A stretch of DNA of 64,000 bases from Planctomycetota bacterium (GTDB lineage Bacteria > Planctomycetota > GCA-002687715 > CAIWVZ01), in the NCBI GenBank assembly GCA_044222185.1, contig JBGANV010000001.1, positions 768,001 to 832,000 on the forward strand, read 5' to 3'. Made by a program: the position numbers and the translations under genes. The notes beneath the pieces were generated by a model that was not told the origin of the DNA, ran no database searches, and worked only from the letters and a program-made list of their open reading frames with translations. Positions 49,626 to 59,100 of this stretch are shown here, piece by piece. How positions within the stretch are numbered: the stretch's first letter is position 1; each line of letters opens with the position of its first letter.

Positions 49626-49845
49626 TGGCGTCCTCCGCAGATGCGCTGAGGCATCCTCAGTCGATGGATGATGAACTGCCGAGGGTACCGTGCTGATCGC
49701 GGATCATGGATGCGGACATCGACTCAGTGCCGCGGAGCGATTCTCAACCGCGACGGATGATCGGATCGGTTTGCAGCACCGGGCCCGCCAGGTTGGGCCG
49801 GGCCCGCAACGGGGTCGGACGTTCCCGCCGCGCGTCCCCGCAGCG

Positions 49846-50985
49846 CTATGGCTTCAGGAAGGCGGTCATCGCGGCCACGCCCTGGTACCCGACGAGCCGT
49901 CTGATCTCGGCGCCATCCGCGTCGAGGAGGATGATCGTCGGATATGCACCGACCTTGTGAAGCCTGGTGAGGTCGCGATGCGCGTCGCCGTCGACCTTCA
50001 CGGCGACGACATCCCGTGCAGCGTCGACCACGGATGCCGCGCCGTACACGAACTGGTTCATCATCTTGCACGGCCCGCACCACGTGGTCTCGAAATCCAC
50101 GAGGACCCGTTTGCGGCTCGTCTTCGCCGTCGCCAGCGCGACGCGGAGGTCGTCGCCGAATGCAACCGGCTTGGCCGCGCGGGGGGCTTCGCGGTCGGCG
50201 CGGTAGATGTCGCCGCGCGCCCGGTCCTCCGCCTCGGTGAAGCCCGGGTCGAACGATTCGAAGGTGAGTGAGCGACCGTTGGCATCGATGCGAACGGCGC
50301 GGAAGGCGACACCGTCGAGCCAAAGGTGCTGCTCGAGGCTCCTTGCGCCCGCCGCCATCAGAGCCGCTCGCTCGCGCGCGAGCGCCCAGGAATCGCGCTG
50401 GTCGAACACCCCGTCCATCTCCAGCTCGGTGATCATCACGAGCGCCGGTTTGCCGCCGATGGATACCTCGCCCTCGTGCCAGCCGCGGCGAGACCAACGG
50501 AGCACCGGCGGTGCGTCCGGCTCGGCGGGATCTTCGACGTACCAGAGCGACAGGGGGTATGCCCTGGTCGTGGGCGCGCTGTCCGTGCGAGTGTCGACGA
50601 CGGGGATCTGGAGCTGCGTTTCAAAGCTCGACCACCACTTGCCTCGCTGGTCTTTCGGTGTCGCCGTGAGTCGTTCTTTGTCCGAGTACGACCCGTCGCC
50701 GTCCAGGTCGATTCGAAGCGTGTCGACGTGCGCGGCGCCGTCCGTGCGATCCAGGCGGACGCGGGTCGGTTTGCTCCCGGTGGGTCCCAGTGTGAACTCA
50801 CCTTCGAGTGATGACTCGCTTCGCCGGAGCGCGACCTTCGCGCCCTTGGGGCTCCAACGTGGACCGTCGTTTCCTGCGGGTACGCGCGGCAGCAACGCGG
50901 CGACGAGTGGCGCCGGGGGCCGTGACTCCGGGCCAGATGGAAGTTGGGTCAAAGCGGCCGTGATGATCAAGACAGGCGTCAGCAA
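49846..50985 (-). CDS. Secreted protein with C-terminal thioredoxin domain
   Basis: GGAGG RBS with TTG; DLDGDGSY in the N-terminal part; VLVDFETTWCGPCK, YPTIILL. Confidence 0.88.
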   Translation of the reverse strand: MLTPVLIITAALTQLPSGPESRPPAPLVAALLPRVPAGNDGPRWSPKGAKVALRRSESSLEGEFTLGPTGSKPTRVRLDRTDGAAHVDTLRIDLDGDGSYSDKERLTATPKDQRGKWWSSFETQLQIPVVDTRTDSAPTTRAYPLSLWYVEDPAEPDAPPVLRWSRRGWHEGEVSIGGKPALVMITELEMDGVFDQRDSWALARERAALMAAGARSLEQHLWLDGVAFRAVRIDANGRSLTFESFDPGFTEAEDRARGDIYRADREAPRAAKPVAFGDDLRVALATAKTSRKRVLVDFETTWCGPCKMMNQFVYGAASVVDAARDVVAVKVDGDAHRDLTRLHKVGAYPTIILLDADGAEIRRLVGYQGVAAMTAFLKP

Positions 50986-51298
50986 GGTGGAAGCTACCTC
51001 CGGGCGCGGGCATGGTACTCAGCCGAGGCGGGAGTGAGAGCCGTGATCCTCGTTCCTGAGTCGGGGTTTGCTCAGCGAGCCTGCACCTGAATCGACTCCG
51101 TGCCGCGTGGTTGAGGCGCGCCGCGCGAGCCGCGATCCCGTCGCACTCGAGATCGCAGATTCTTTTGGGACCGGCGAAGTCGCCCATTATCCTTGCGGCC
51201 AGTTTGTCGAGACGGTCGCGGTCCCCGGACCGTCGCCCTTGTTTCCTGGTCAGCGCCCCCCCCCAACACCAGGCTTCAACGTTCGCAAGGAGTCCATC

Positions 51299-52879
51299 GT
51301 GAAGCGTCAACGATCATTGTCCGTACTTGCGGTCGCAGCGGTCATGGCTGCGTCCGTCGTCGCGCAGGCGTACTGCGTTCCACAGGCGACTGGTTTCAGC
51401 TGCGCCTTCGGTGACGAGTACATCCAGAACGTCACATTCGGCACGATCAACAACTCGTCCACCTGCGGCACGCCGCCGGGCTACGAGGATTACACGGCGA
51501 CCGTCCCCGCCGTCACCGTCTTCCCTGGGATCACCTTCCCCGTGACGGTGACCATCGGCTCCTACTGGAGCACGGATCGGATCTACGTGTTCTTGGATAC
51601 GAACGGTGACGGCACGTTCCAGGCCTCGGACCTTCTCACGACCATCATCCCGACGGCAACTGGCACCGGCGGACCGCCTCAGACCGTCACCGGCAACGTC
51701 ACGATCCCCGCGACGGCGCCGATCGGCCTCACCACGCGTCTGCGCTTTCGCCTCTCCTACGGCGCGCTGACGGCCGGGAACGAGGCGTGCGCGAACGCGA
51801 CCTTCGGCAACTGCGAGGACTACACGGCGACGATCGCGTCACTCGTGCCCGAGTATCAGGTCAACCAGGCGGGCGCCTCGTTCGACATCGACGGCGTGAA
51901 CGGATCGGTGGTCGCTCCGGCGAACGTCACGCGTTGCGTCGGCCAGACGCTCACGGTGAATTTGAACTCGACCGCCGTCGGCAGCCCGTGGGATGTCGCC
52001 CTCTCGCCCCTGGCGCTCGTCCCGGCCTCCGGCGGCGGCGTGACGCTGGGCAGCGAGATCGTCAACATCAACCTCAGTGCGTTCTCGTTCCTCTTCGGCG
52101 GGTTCGTCCTCCCGTTTGCACCGGCGTCGCTGCCGGCGTCGCTGCCGGCGTCGCTCGGAATCCCGGCGAGCCTGTCGCTGCAGATGGCCATCCTCACGCC
52201 GGCCTCTCCCGTCGGCGTGTTCCTGAGCCAGGGCACGCAGCTGAACACCGTCGGTGGCACGGTCGTCGGCGGCCCCGCTGGCGATGACGTCGCGTTGGCG
52301 GTGGCGCTCGGTGGCGGCCCAGGCTGTGGCCCAGGCGCGGTCACGTTCTTCGGCACGTCGTACACGACGATGCAGGTGGTCACGAACGGCCGGGTGATGT
52401 TCGGCACGGCGAACACCTCGTTCGCCCCGTCGGCCACCACGGCGTTGACTGATTCGCCGAGCGTTGGTTGCTGGACGGACTACGACACGACCTTCGGCGG
52501 CAGCATCAACGTCGACTACACCGTTCCTGGCGTCGTCTCGGTGAACTACGTCGGCATCGAGTACTACGGCCAGACGGGCACGGCGAACACCTACTCGATC
52601 GTGTTCGACACGGCGACGGGCTACGTCACGCTGGCGAACCTCAACACGCTCGCAGCGCAGCTGACGGGCAACTCCGCGAACATGTGGACCGGTATCTCGC
52701 CCGGTGCGGCCGGTCTCGCCACGAACCCGGGTCCGACCGCGTTCTCTCCGGCTGGCTCCGGCGCTCCCGCGTCCCCGACGGACGAGATGTACCTGTTCGG
52801 CACGGCCCCTCAGAACGCGGGCTGCGCCAACATCATCTTCATCCCCACGGGCACCAGCTATGCATGGACCGCGAACTGA
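51299..52879 (+). CDS. Secreted GEVED-like domain protein (paralog of 34112-35692)
   Basis: AAGGAG RBS with GTG; signal peptide; DEYIQNVTFG, GYEDYT, FLDTNGDGTF, GNCEDY, YQVNQ. Confidence 0.9.
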   Translation: MKRQRSLSVLAVAAVMAASVVAQAYCVPQATGFSCAFGDEYIQNVTFGTINNSSTCGTPPGYEDYTATVPAVTVFPGITFPVTVTIGSYWSTDRIYVFLDTNGDGTFQASDLLTTIIPTATGTGGPPQTVTGNVTIPATAPIGLTTRLRFRLSYGALTAGNEACANATFGNCEDYTATIASLVPEYQVNQAGASFDIDGVNGSVVAPANVTRCVGQTLTVNLNSTAVGSPWDVALSPLALVPASGGGVTLGSEIVNINLSAFSFLFGGFVLPFAPASLPASLPASLGIPASLSLQMAILTPASPVGVFLSQGTQLNTVGGTVVGGPAGDDVALAVALGGGPGCGPGAVTFFGTSYTTMQVVTNGRVMFGTANTSFAPSATTALTDSPSVGCWTDYDTTFGGSINVDYTVPGVVSVNYVGIEYYGQTGTANTYSIVFDTATGYVTLANLNTLAAQLTGNSANMWTGISPGAAGLATNPGPTAFSPAGSGAPASPTDEMYLFGTAPQNAGCANIIFIPTGTSYAWTAN

Positions 52880-52955
52880 GATCCGCGGCGCAAGGCAGCC
52901 GCGCACCGTGACGGTCACACCGGCCACTGGGTGAGCTGCCGGCACTCCATTCCGC

Positions 52956-52991
52956 ACGACGCCCGTGAGGCAGATGCCTCACGGGCGTCGT
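52956..52991. terminator. Perfect 16-bp hairpin between convergent genes
   Basis: ACGACGCCCGTGAGGC-agat-GCCTCACGGGCGTCGT; no immediate U-tract. Confidence 0.6.
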
Positions 52992-53102
52992 CGATTTTCG
53001 GGCAGATGCACGCAGTACGGCGTCGCTCTCCGGCCAAGGACTCGCATCCGTCGTCGCCGGCCTTCCGCTGATGAATCCACCCCCCGCGCTACGCGCCGGA
53101 GG

Positions 53103-55619
53103 TCAGTCGAGCCGCTGAATGCGTCCACGATCTCCGTCGACTCGGATCCTGTGCCCCTGCACGAGATCCGTGAGGCATCCCCGCACACGGACCACCGCCG
53201 GAATGCCGAGTTCGCGAGCCGTGACGGCGCCGTGCGAGAGCATTCCACCGCACTCCGTCACGACGGCGACCGCGCTGCTGAACAGCGGCGTCCATGCGGG
53301 GTTCGTCGTCACGGCCACGAGGACCGAGCCGCGCCGGAACCCGGCGAAGTCGGCGGGGGATCTCACCAGTGCGGCACGCCCTTCCGCGACCCCGGGGCTC
53401 GCACCGATTCCCTCGAGGCCGCCGCGCGTCGAATGCGGCTCGCACGGCAGGCTTGCGGCCACCCACGGCGGAGCCATGCTGCGATGCTCGGCGTAGCCGG
53501 TCTTCTCCATGCGGATCGCGCGCGCGAGTTCAGCCCACCCTTCCGTGCAGTCTCGATTGAGCGCGTTTCGCAGCGCGGCGCGGTCGGTCATGAAGAGATC
53601 CATGGGATCGTCGATGAGGTCCCGGCGGTGCAGCCGCGTGCCGAGCTCGCGCACGACCCGGCGCAGAAGCAGACCGAGCCGAGTCGTTTCGTAGTGTTCG
53701 AGGTCGTCGAGGGCCGTGTAGACACGGGTGAGGCGCAGGACCTCCGAGAACAGGAAGTGAAGTTCACGGGGGAGGCGTCCGTAGACCTCGCGCTCGGCAT
53801 CGACCATCCGGAGCCTCACGCCCGCCTCGACCTCGCCGGGTGGTGGATCCTCCGCCGAAGTCAATCCGGGACGCACGATGTCGAGCAACGTCCACGGTGC
53901 GTCGATCCACGGCGGGTGGAATGGATCGAACTCGGTCTCGCGGTGGCCGTGGACGCGGAGGATGGAACGGAAGCGCCGCGACACGTCCGCGTCCTCATCG
54001 AGCTGACCGCTCTCGATGAACTCGCGCGACGGGTGGCCTTGGATCCGGGCGACGAGGCCCGGCACGCGACGGATCGCCGCTGCGAGCTCTCGGACCTCCC
54101 GATTGACGGCGGCCGTCTTCGTGTCGCACGCCGCGGTGAGTGCTTGCAGTCGCGCCGCGGCCTGAGTCTCGCCGACGGCCAGGCACAGGATCCGATGAAG
54201 GAACCGGAAGAGGTTCGCCTGCGTCAGGGAAATGGCGATGTTCGGGAGGAAATACTCCGTTCCCAGGTGCTGGATTCGTTCCAACGACGCCCACAGCTCA
54301 CCCATGCTGGCAGCGTCGAGTCGCGTCGCACCGATCTCGCCGACCGAGACGAGGTATTGGTCGAGATCGCGGGCCCACGCCCCAGGCAGTTCGCCGACCC
54401 AGGCGAACTTGCGTGCGATGGATGGAAGGCGGTCGCGAAGGTCGTTCAACGAGTCGACGGCGACCGGGGTGCGGCCCGCATACAGATCGACTGCCGTTTG
54501 GTTGCCGTACACGTAGTGGTCGAACACCGCGAACCATCGACCGTCGAACGGGGGCATGGACATCACCCGAAGCGAGTGAACGAGCGAGCGATGGAATGCC
54601 GTGTCGACGAAGTCCCAGGTCAAGCGCGTGAGGGCCGTCGGAAAGCGCTCGGCCGATTCATCCCGCGTCCAGCGAGGAGGCAGGGTCGTGATCGGGCGGG
54701 ACTGGAGGATCCGGATCTGCCCTCCGGCGATGCCCCACTCGACGTCCTGAGGGAACCCGGCATCGGCTTCGACGCGCAGCACCAGGTCGACGAGCGCATC
54801 CAGCGCCTGTGCCGTGAGGGCCGGACGGTTCCGGTCCTCGACGGAGGTAGGAATCGTGACCGTGCCGGAATCCGCGCCGACGACGTGCCGGAGCTTTGCA
54901 CCGACGATCGAGAGCCGGATGTCGCGCGACGCCTTCCCGAGGCGCCAATGGTCGCCGTCGGCGTCCCCGGTGACGACCGACTCGCCGAGGCCCAGGTTCG
55001 CATCCACCAGGACATCGTCCAGGGCGCCGGTGACGGGATTCGCCGTGAACGCGACACCCGCCACGTCGCAGGGCACCATCTCCTGGATCACGACGGCCAT
55101 GGCGCCCGGATTGGCGTTCAGTCCGCGCTGGACCCTGTAGGTGATCGCCGCGTCGGACCAGAGGGAAAGGAAGCAGTCGCGAATGCGATCGAGGAGCGCG
55201 GCAGTTCCGCAGTTCAGCCAGGTGGCGTGCAACCCTGCGAACGCCGCGCCCGCCGAATCCTCGAGAGTCGATGACGATCGGACGGCGAATCTCGTGTTGG
55301 GACCGAGTTCGCCGATGAGACCGGCGGCGGCTTCTGCCAGCGCTGGTTCGAGGGGAACGGTCGAACCCAGCTTGCGGATTCGTGCGTGCCTGCCACCCTC
55401 GTGCGGAAGGCGACTCGGTCCGTCGCGGAGGCGCTCCTGAACGAGCGCGAACCACCGTCCATACGCCACCGTCGTGACGACGAATCCACGCGGGACCGGA
55501 AACCCGCGACGGGTCAGCCGTGCGAGGCTCCCACCCTTTCCTCCGGCCATGGAAGTCGACTCGGCCTCCGGGTCATCCAGCCTGAGCACGAGCGAGCCGT
55601 GTGGATTGGTCGGATTCAT
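53103..55619 (-). CDS. PEP-synthase / rifampicin-phosphotransferase-like dikinase (ATP-grasp, central domain, C-terminal phospho-His swivel)
   Basis: GGKGGSL, AVRSS..ED...AFAG, MAVVIQEM, DVEW, LQSRPITT; C-terminal GGMLSHGAVTARELGIPAV; no PEP-binding barrel. Confidence 0.9.
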   Translation of the reverse strand: MNPTNPHGSLVLRLDDPEAESTSMAGGKGGSLARLTRRGFPVPRGFVVTTVAYGRWFALVQERLRDGPSRLPHEGGRHARIRKLGSTVPLEPALAEAAAGLIGELGPNTRFAVRSSSTLEDSAGAAFAGLHATWLNCGTAALLDRIRDCFLSLWSDAAITYRVQRGLNANPGAMAVVIQEMVPCDVAGVAFTANPVTGALDDVLVDANLGLGESVVTGDADGDHWRLGKASRDIRLSIVGAKLRHVVGADSGTVTIPTSVEDRNRPALTAQALDALVDLVLRVEADAGFPQDVEWGIAGGQIRILQSRPITTLPPRWTRDESAERFPTALTRLTWDFVDTAFHRSLVHSLRVMSMPPFDGRWFAVFDHYVYGNQTAVDLYAGRTPVAVDSLNDLRDRLPSIARKFAWVGELPGAWARDLDQYLVSVGEIGATRLDAASMGELWASLERIQHLGTEYFLPNIAISLTQANLFRFLHRILCLAVGETQAAARLQALTAACDTKTAAVNREVRELAAAIRRVPGLVARIQGHPSREFIESGQLDEDADVSRRFRSILRVHGHRETEFDPFHPPWIDAPWTLLDIVRPGLTSAEDPPPGEVEAGVRLRMVDAEREVYGRLPRELHFLFSEVLRLTRVYTALDDLEHYETTRLGLLLRRVVRELGTRLHRRDLIDDPMDLFMTDRAALRNALNRDCTEGWAELARAIRMEKTGYAEHRSMAPPWVAASLPCEPHSTRGGLEGIGASPGVAEGRAALVRSPADFAGFRRGSVLVAVTTNPAWTPLFSSAVAVVTECGGMLSHGAVTARELGIPAVVRVRGCLTDLVQGHRIRVDGDRGRIQRLD

Positions 55620-56794
55620 GGTGTCATCTCGCGACGAATCTGATCTCGTGCACTGCGGATGCGAGCTTCGAGGTCGGGAACCGTGATGCGGTTCCAAAGG
55701 CCGCAGGCGGACGCCCGTGCGCGATCCCACGAGAGGATCCCGAGCCACGTCACCAAGCTGGCGGAGGCGACTGCAATCGGGCCGGCGAACGCGAGCGCCA
55801 ACCCAAGCACGAGGGGTGTCCAGACGATGAGCATGGGAACGCCGGCGAGAAGTCGCCAAAGCGCGATGACGTTGCGATCGTCGGCAAACCGCCGCGCGGC
55901 CACGAACGCCGCCGCGAGGGGCGGCCCGTTGGCGATCGCCGCAAGCAGCACCAAGCCCCCGAGCACGGCGCAAACGGGGATGTCGAACATCCGGGTGCAC
56001 GGTGACGGTGCGCCGTGGTGGAACCACGCGCCTCGGGCGTGGGCTTCGCAGGTGAGCGAACGCAACACGCACCGTCGCGCCGCGTATCGCGGTTCCGAGA
56101 GTCTTCGCAGACAGCGGACGTAATTCCCCGGGGACGTCGCCGTGGCGAGCCCGGCCCAACTCTCGCAGATGGATTGCATCTCCGGATCGTCGAACCACGT
56201 GCCGACCCGATGGAGGGCTTCCTCGATCCGGCGGCGAAGCGTCTCGATCTGGCACTGTGGACGCATCGCGTGGGCAACCCTCGTGTCGATCGCTTCGCCG
56301 ACGACGACCTCGACGGCGCTACGGAATGCAGGCCCGTCACAGTAGTGAACGCCGAGGGGGACGATCCTCACCGTGATTCCGCGTTCGACGCAAGCATTCA
56401 CGATGAGGGCGGCCCCCCTGCGAACGGGCAATGGCCTCGGGCCGAGCGAACTCGTCCCTTCGGGGAACATCAAGACGTCTCGACCGGCGCCGAGGTGATC
56501 GACGCATCGAGCGATCGCCGCGTCGTTGGACCGATGGCCCTCCGGCGTCGCATTGCGGACGAGCGCGATTCCGTCCACGAATGCCCGGGCGATTCCGCGC
56601 TGCCACCGGGCTCCCACCACGAGGACGGGATCGCGCAGGACCGTCTCGTAGACGCAGACGTCGATGCCCCCGTTTCGATGGAGCCCCACGAAGAGCGTGC
56701 CTCCACGTTCCGGCATGGCGACGCCAGTGATGCCGATGCGTGTGAAGTAGATTCGCGCCATGAGGCGGCGAAGCCGTCGTCGGAGTTCGATCAC
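55616..56794 (-). CDS. PlsC-like (LPLAT) acyltransferase with C-terminal TM helices
   Basis: H-x5-D variant motif LHRNGGID, FPEGTS, IVPLGVHY, FRS.V.V..G; stop overlaps the dikinase ATG. Confidence 0.82.
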   Translation of the reverse strand: MIELRRRLRRLMARIYFTRIGITGVAMPERGGTLFVGLHRNGGIDVCVYETVLRDPVLVVGARWQRGIARAFVDGIALVRNATPEGHRSNDAAIARCVDHLGAGRDVLMFPEGTSSLGPRPLPVRRGAALIVNACVERGITVRIVPLGVHYCDGPAFRSAVEVVVGEAIDTRVAHAMRPQCQIETLRRRIEEALHRVGTWFDDPEMQSICESWAGLATATSPGNYVRCLRRLSEPRYAARRCVLRSLTCEAHARGAWFHHGAPSPCTRMFDIPVCAVLGGLVLLAAIANGPPLAAAFVAARRFADDRNVIALWRLLAGVPMLIVWTPLVLGLALAFAGPIAVASASLVTWLGILSWDRARASACGLWNRITVPDLEARIRSARDQIRREMTP

Positions 56795-57022
56795 GGGGCC
56801 AGGCTATCGACGGTGCGATGATTCGCCGCGCGACTTGTTCTGATCGCAGGGCTAAGTGCAGCTTTTTGACGACTCCGCGGGCGGCGCTCCGCGCGCACTC
56901 GACGATCGCCGTCGGCCGTGCGCGCCCATGGCCGTGCATGAATGCTCCGACGTACTCGGGATCCTTTGGGCGCGCGCCGCCGGGTCCTGTGTTATGTAGG
57001 GCGTCCAACCAACGGAGCTGTC

Positions 57023-57253
57023 ATGGTCGACAAAGCCACGTGTGACGCCGCACTGAAGGCGTTCAAGAAGCGACTGAAGGCGTACCAGAACGATGCACCC
57101 GGCAGTTCGGGTCCGGCCTCGCACCTGAAGGGACAGTCCCAGATCACGGCGATCCAGGGCCTGAATTCCTACCCTCAGGAGGTTTGGGAGGCGCTCGTCG
57201 CGGCCGGTCGCCTCCGGAAAGTGGGCCCCAACCTCTTCGAGTTGATGCAGTAG
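57023..57253 (+). CDS. Small conserved hypothetical protein (76 aa)
   Basis: GGAG RBS; ALKAFKKRLK...YPQEVWEALV..GRL...G..LFEL. Confidence 0.8.
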   Translation: MVDKATCDAALKAFKKRLKAYQNDAPGSSGPASHLKGQSQITAIQGLNSYPQEVWEALVAAGRLRKVGPNLFELMQ

Positions 57254-57389
57254 TCGCGTTGCCAGCCTGGCGCGGCGGCCGGTCGGCCGCTGGTTCGGAT
57301 CTGAGGCTCGGAGGCTGTCGTGTTTCGACCGCGGACCTCAGGGTCGGCTGAGCTCAAGCGGGCGTCACCCCGGCGACGATCGCTTCGAT

Positions 57390-58298
57390 GTGCCTGTCGC
57401 CACATCCCGATCTCTAACTCGAGCCGAGATCGAAGACCGCATCGACACGTTGCCGACGCTGCCGACGGTGGTCACCGAAATCCTCGGACTCGACCCGGTC
57501 TCGGACGAGTTCTACCTCAAGCTCCGGGAGCTCGCGCTGCGGGACCCGCCGTTTGCCGTGCGCATTCTGGCCGTGGCGAACAGCGCCATGTTCTCGACCG
57601 TCGCTCCCGTCGTGTCGATTCCTGATGCACTCATTCGCCTGGGGGCGCGCCACACGGCGCAGCTGATCACGTCGCTGTCGGTCATGCGCGTCTTCGTCCC
57701 GACCACTGAAGGACATCGCAATCTTTGGCGCCACGCAATCCAGGTCGCAGTCGCTGCCCGGGCCATCGCGTGCCGGAGACCCGGCGACGTCGATCCGCAC
57801 CTGGCCTACGTGGCCGGTCTGCTTCATGACATCGGACGCTTCGTCCTGTTCGAGCACGATCCGGTCGACCTCGATGCCGTCGAGAAACGCCACTGGATGA
57901 CGCCGCTCGAACTCCTCGCGGCGGAGCGGGACGTCTGCGGTTTCGATCACACGGAGCTCGGATGGCGGGCGTGCCAGGTCTGGTCGGTTCCAGAGCCGAT
58001 CGGCGTCACGGTGCGCCTCCACCATCGACGGACGTTTGGCGCGGAGATCGACCCGGAACAGATCGCACTCATTCGCGTCGTGCAGCAAGCCGACGTCCTC
58101 AGTTGCCTGCTGCTCAATCAACCGGAGTTGGTCAGGCTGGACCCGTCCGCGCGCGAGGCGGCCATACGTAGGGCGGTCACTCCGGTCTGCGAAGGCGACG
58201 CGCGAGCGCCGAGCGCGTCCGAGTTATCGATGCTCGCGGCTCCGATCGTGAACGAGTGCGCCGAGCTGACTGCAGCACTGGGCCTGCGGGTGCACTGA
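57390..58298 (+). CDS. HDOD domain protein
   Basis: LPTLP, DPPFAVRILAVANSA, AL.RLG, LWRH, AGLLHDIG, DHTELG, HH. Confidence 0.92.
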   Translation: MPVATSRSLTRAEIEDRIDTLPTLPTVVTEILGLDPVSDEFYLKLRELALRDPPFAVRILAVANSAMFSTVAPVVSIPDALIRLGARHTAQLITSLSVMRVFVPTTEGHRNLWRHAIQVAVAARAIACRRPGDVDPHLAYVAGLLHDIGRFVLFEHDPVDLDAVEKRHWMTPLELLAAERDVCGFDHTELGWRACQVWSVPEPIGVTVRLHHRRTFGAEIDPEQIALIRVVQQADVLSCLLLNQPELVRLDPSAREAAIRRAVTPVCEGDARAPSASELSMLAAPIVNECAELTAALGLRVH

Positions 58299-58473
58299 CG
58301 ACGACGGTTCGGGAGCGCGCGACTTCGGACAGCGCACCGAGTGCGCAGGAATTGCACCGACCGGGCAAAAAAGGCCGACCGCGACTTCGAGTCCGGCGAG
58401 GACGGAGGCGCGTAGTTTGCGATGCCAGCTTCTCGACTGGCCACGGGCTACGTGCTCGGCCGAAGGACATTGA

Positions 58474-58872
58474 ATGACGAAGATCATGGTATTCGCGTCC
58501 GTCTCGGTGATTGCGATCCTGCTGTCGTCTGGATGCGGACAGCGGAACACCGTCCGAAGCCCGGAGGGGCGCGAGCTGGCGCTCACGAAGCCGGCGAACC
58601 TCGTACTGAGGCAGGGCGAGACGGCGAAACTCGAGGTGATGATCACCCGCAGGAACTTCTCGGACGAAGTCGGGCTCGACTTCGACGGCCTGCCGTCGGG
58701 GGTGAGTCTCGCAGGCGAGCAGAACGTCGCCTCCGGCGAATCCTCCCGCGTTCTCTCGATCGTCGCCAAGGATGACGCTGAACTCGTCGACCGGCGGATG
58801 ATCAAGGTCGAGGCGAAGGGTGGGGGCATCATTGTGAATCAGACCTTCGAGCTGACCGTCAGGCCGAAGTGA
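58474..58872 (+). CDS. Hypothetical lipoprotein (Ig-like)
   Basis: AAGGA RBS, lipobox SSGC, GLPSGV beta-rich body. Confidence 0.8.
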   Translation: MTKIMVFASVSVIAILLSSGCGQRNTVRSPEGRELALTKPANLVLRQGETAKLEVMITRRNFSDEVGLDFDGLPSGVSLAGEQNVASGESSRVLSIVAKDDAELVDRRMIKVEAKGGGIIVNQTFELTVRPK

Positions 58873-59100
58873 TCCGCCTGAGGAGACGACCGGCCGGAGG
58901 GATTTGTGATCGCCAGTGGAGCCCGCGGAATCGCGCCGATCGGAGGAGGTCGAGAATGACCGTCTCGACCGGTACGAACGACGCGAGCCGCGGCAAGGAC
59001 GACCGATGCCACAGGTCGGGAGCGGCACCACGCCCGGTCGAAAATGGCCGCGTGGCTCCGTCCCTCGGTCCTCGTGAGCCGCAGGCGCCGCTCGCAGCCG

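Noticed and set aside
52129-52154. Short tandem repeat GCGTCGCTGCCG in the second GEVED-like gene
   Set aside because: In-frame ASLP-ASLP-ASL coding microrepeat; no sign of phase variation.
53103-55619. Calling the gene ppsA or rph
   Set aside because: It lacks the C-terminal PEP-binding domain of PpsA, and the central domain cannot be confirmed as rifampicin-binding by eye.
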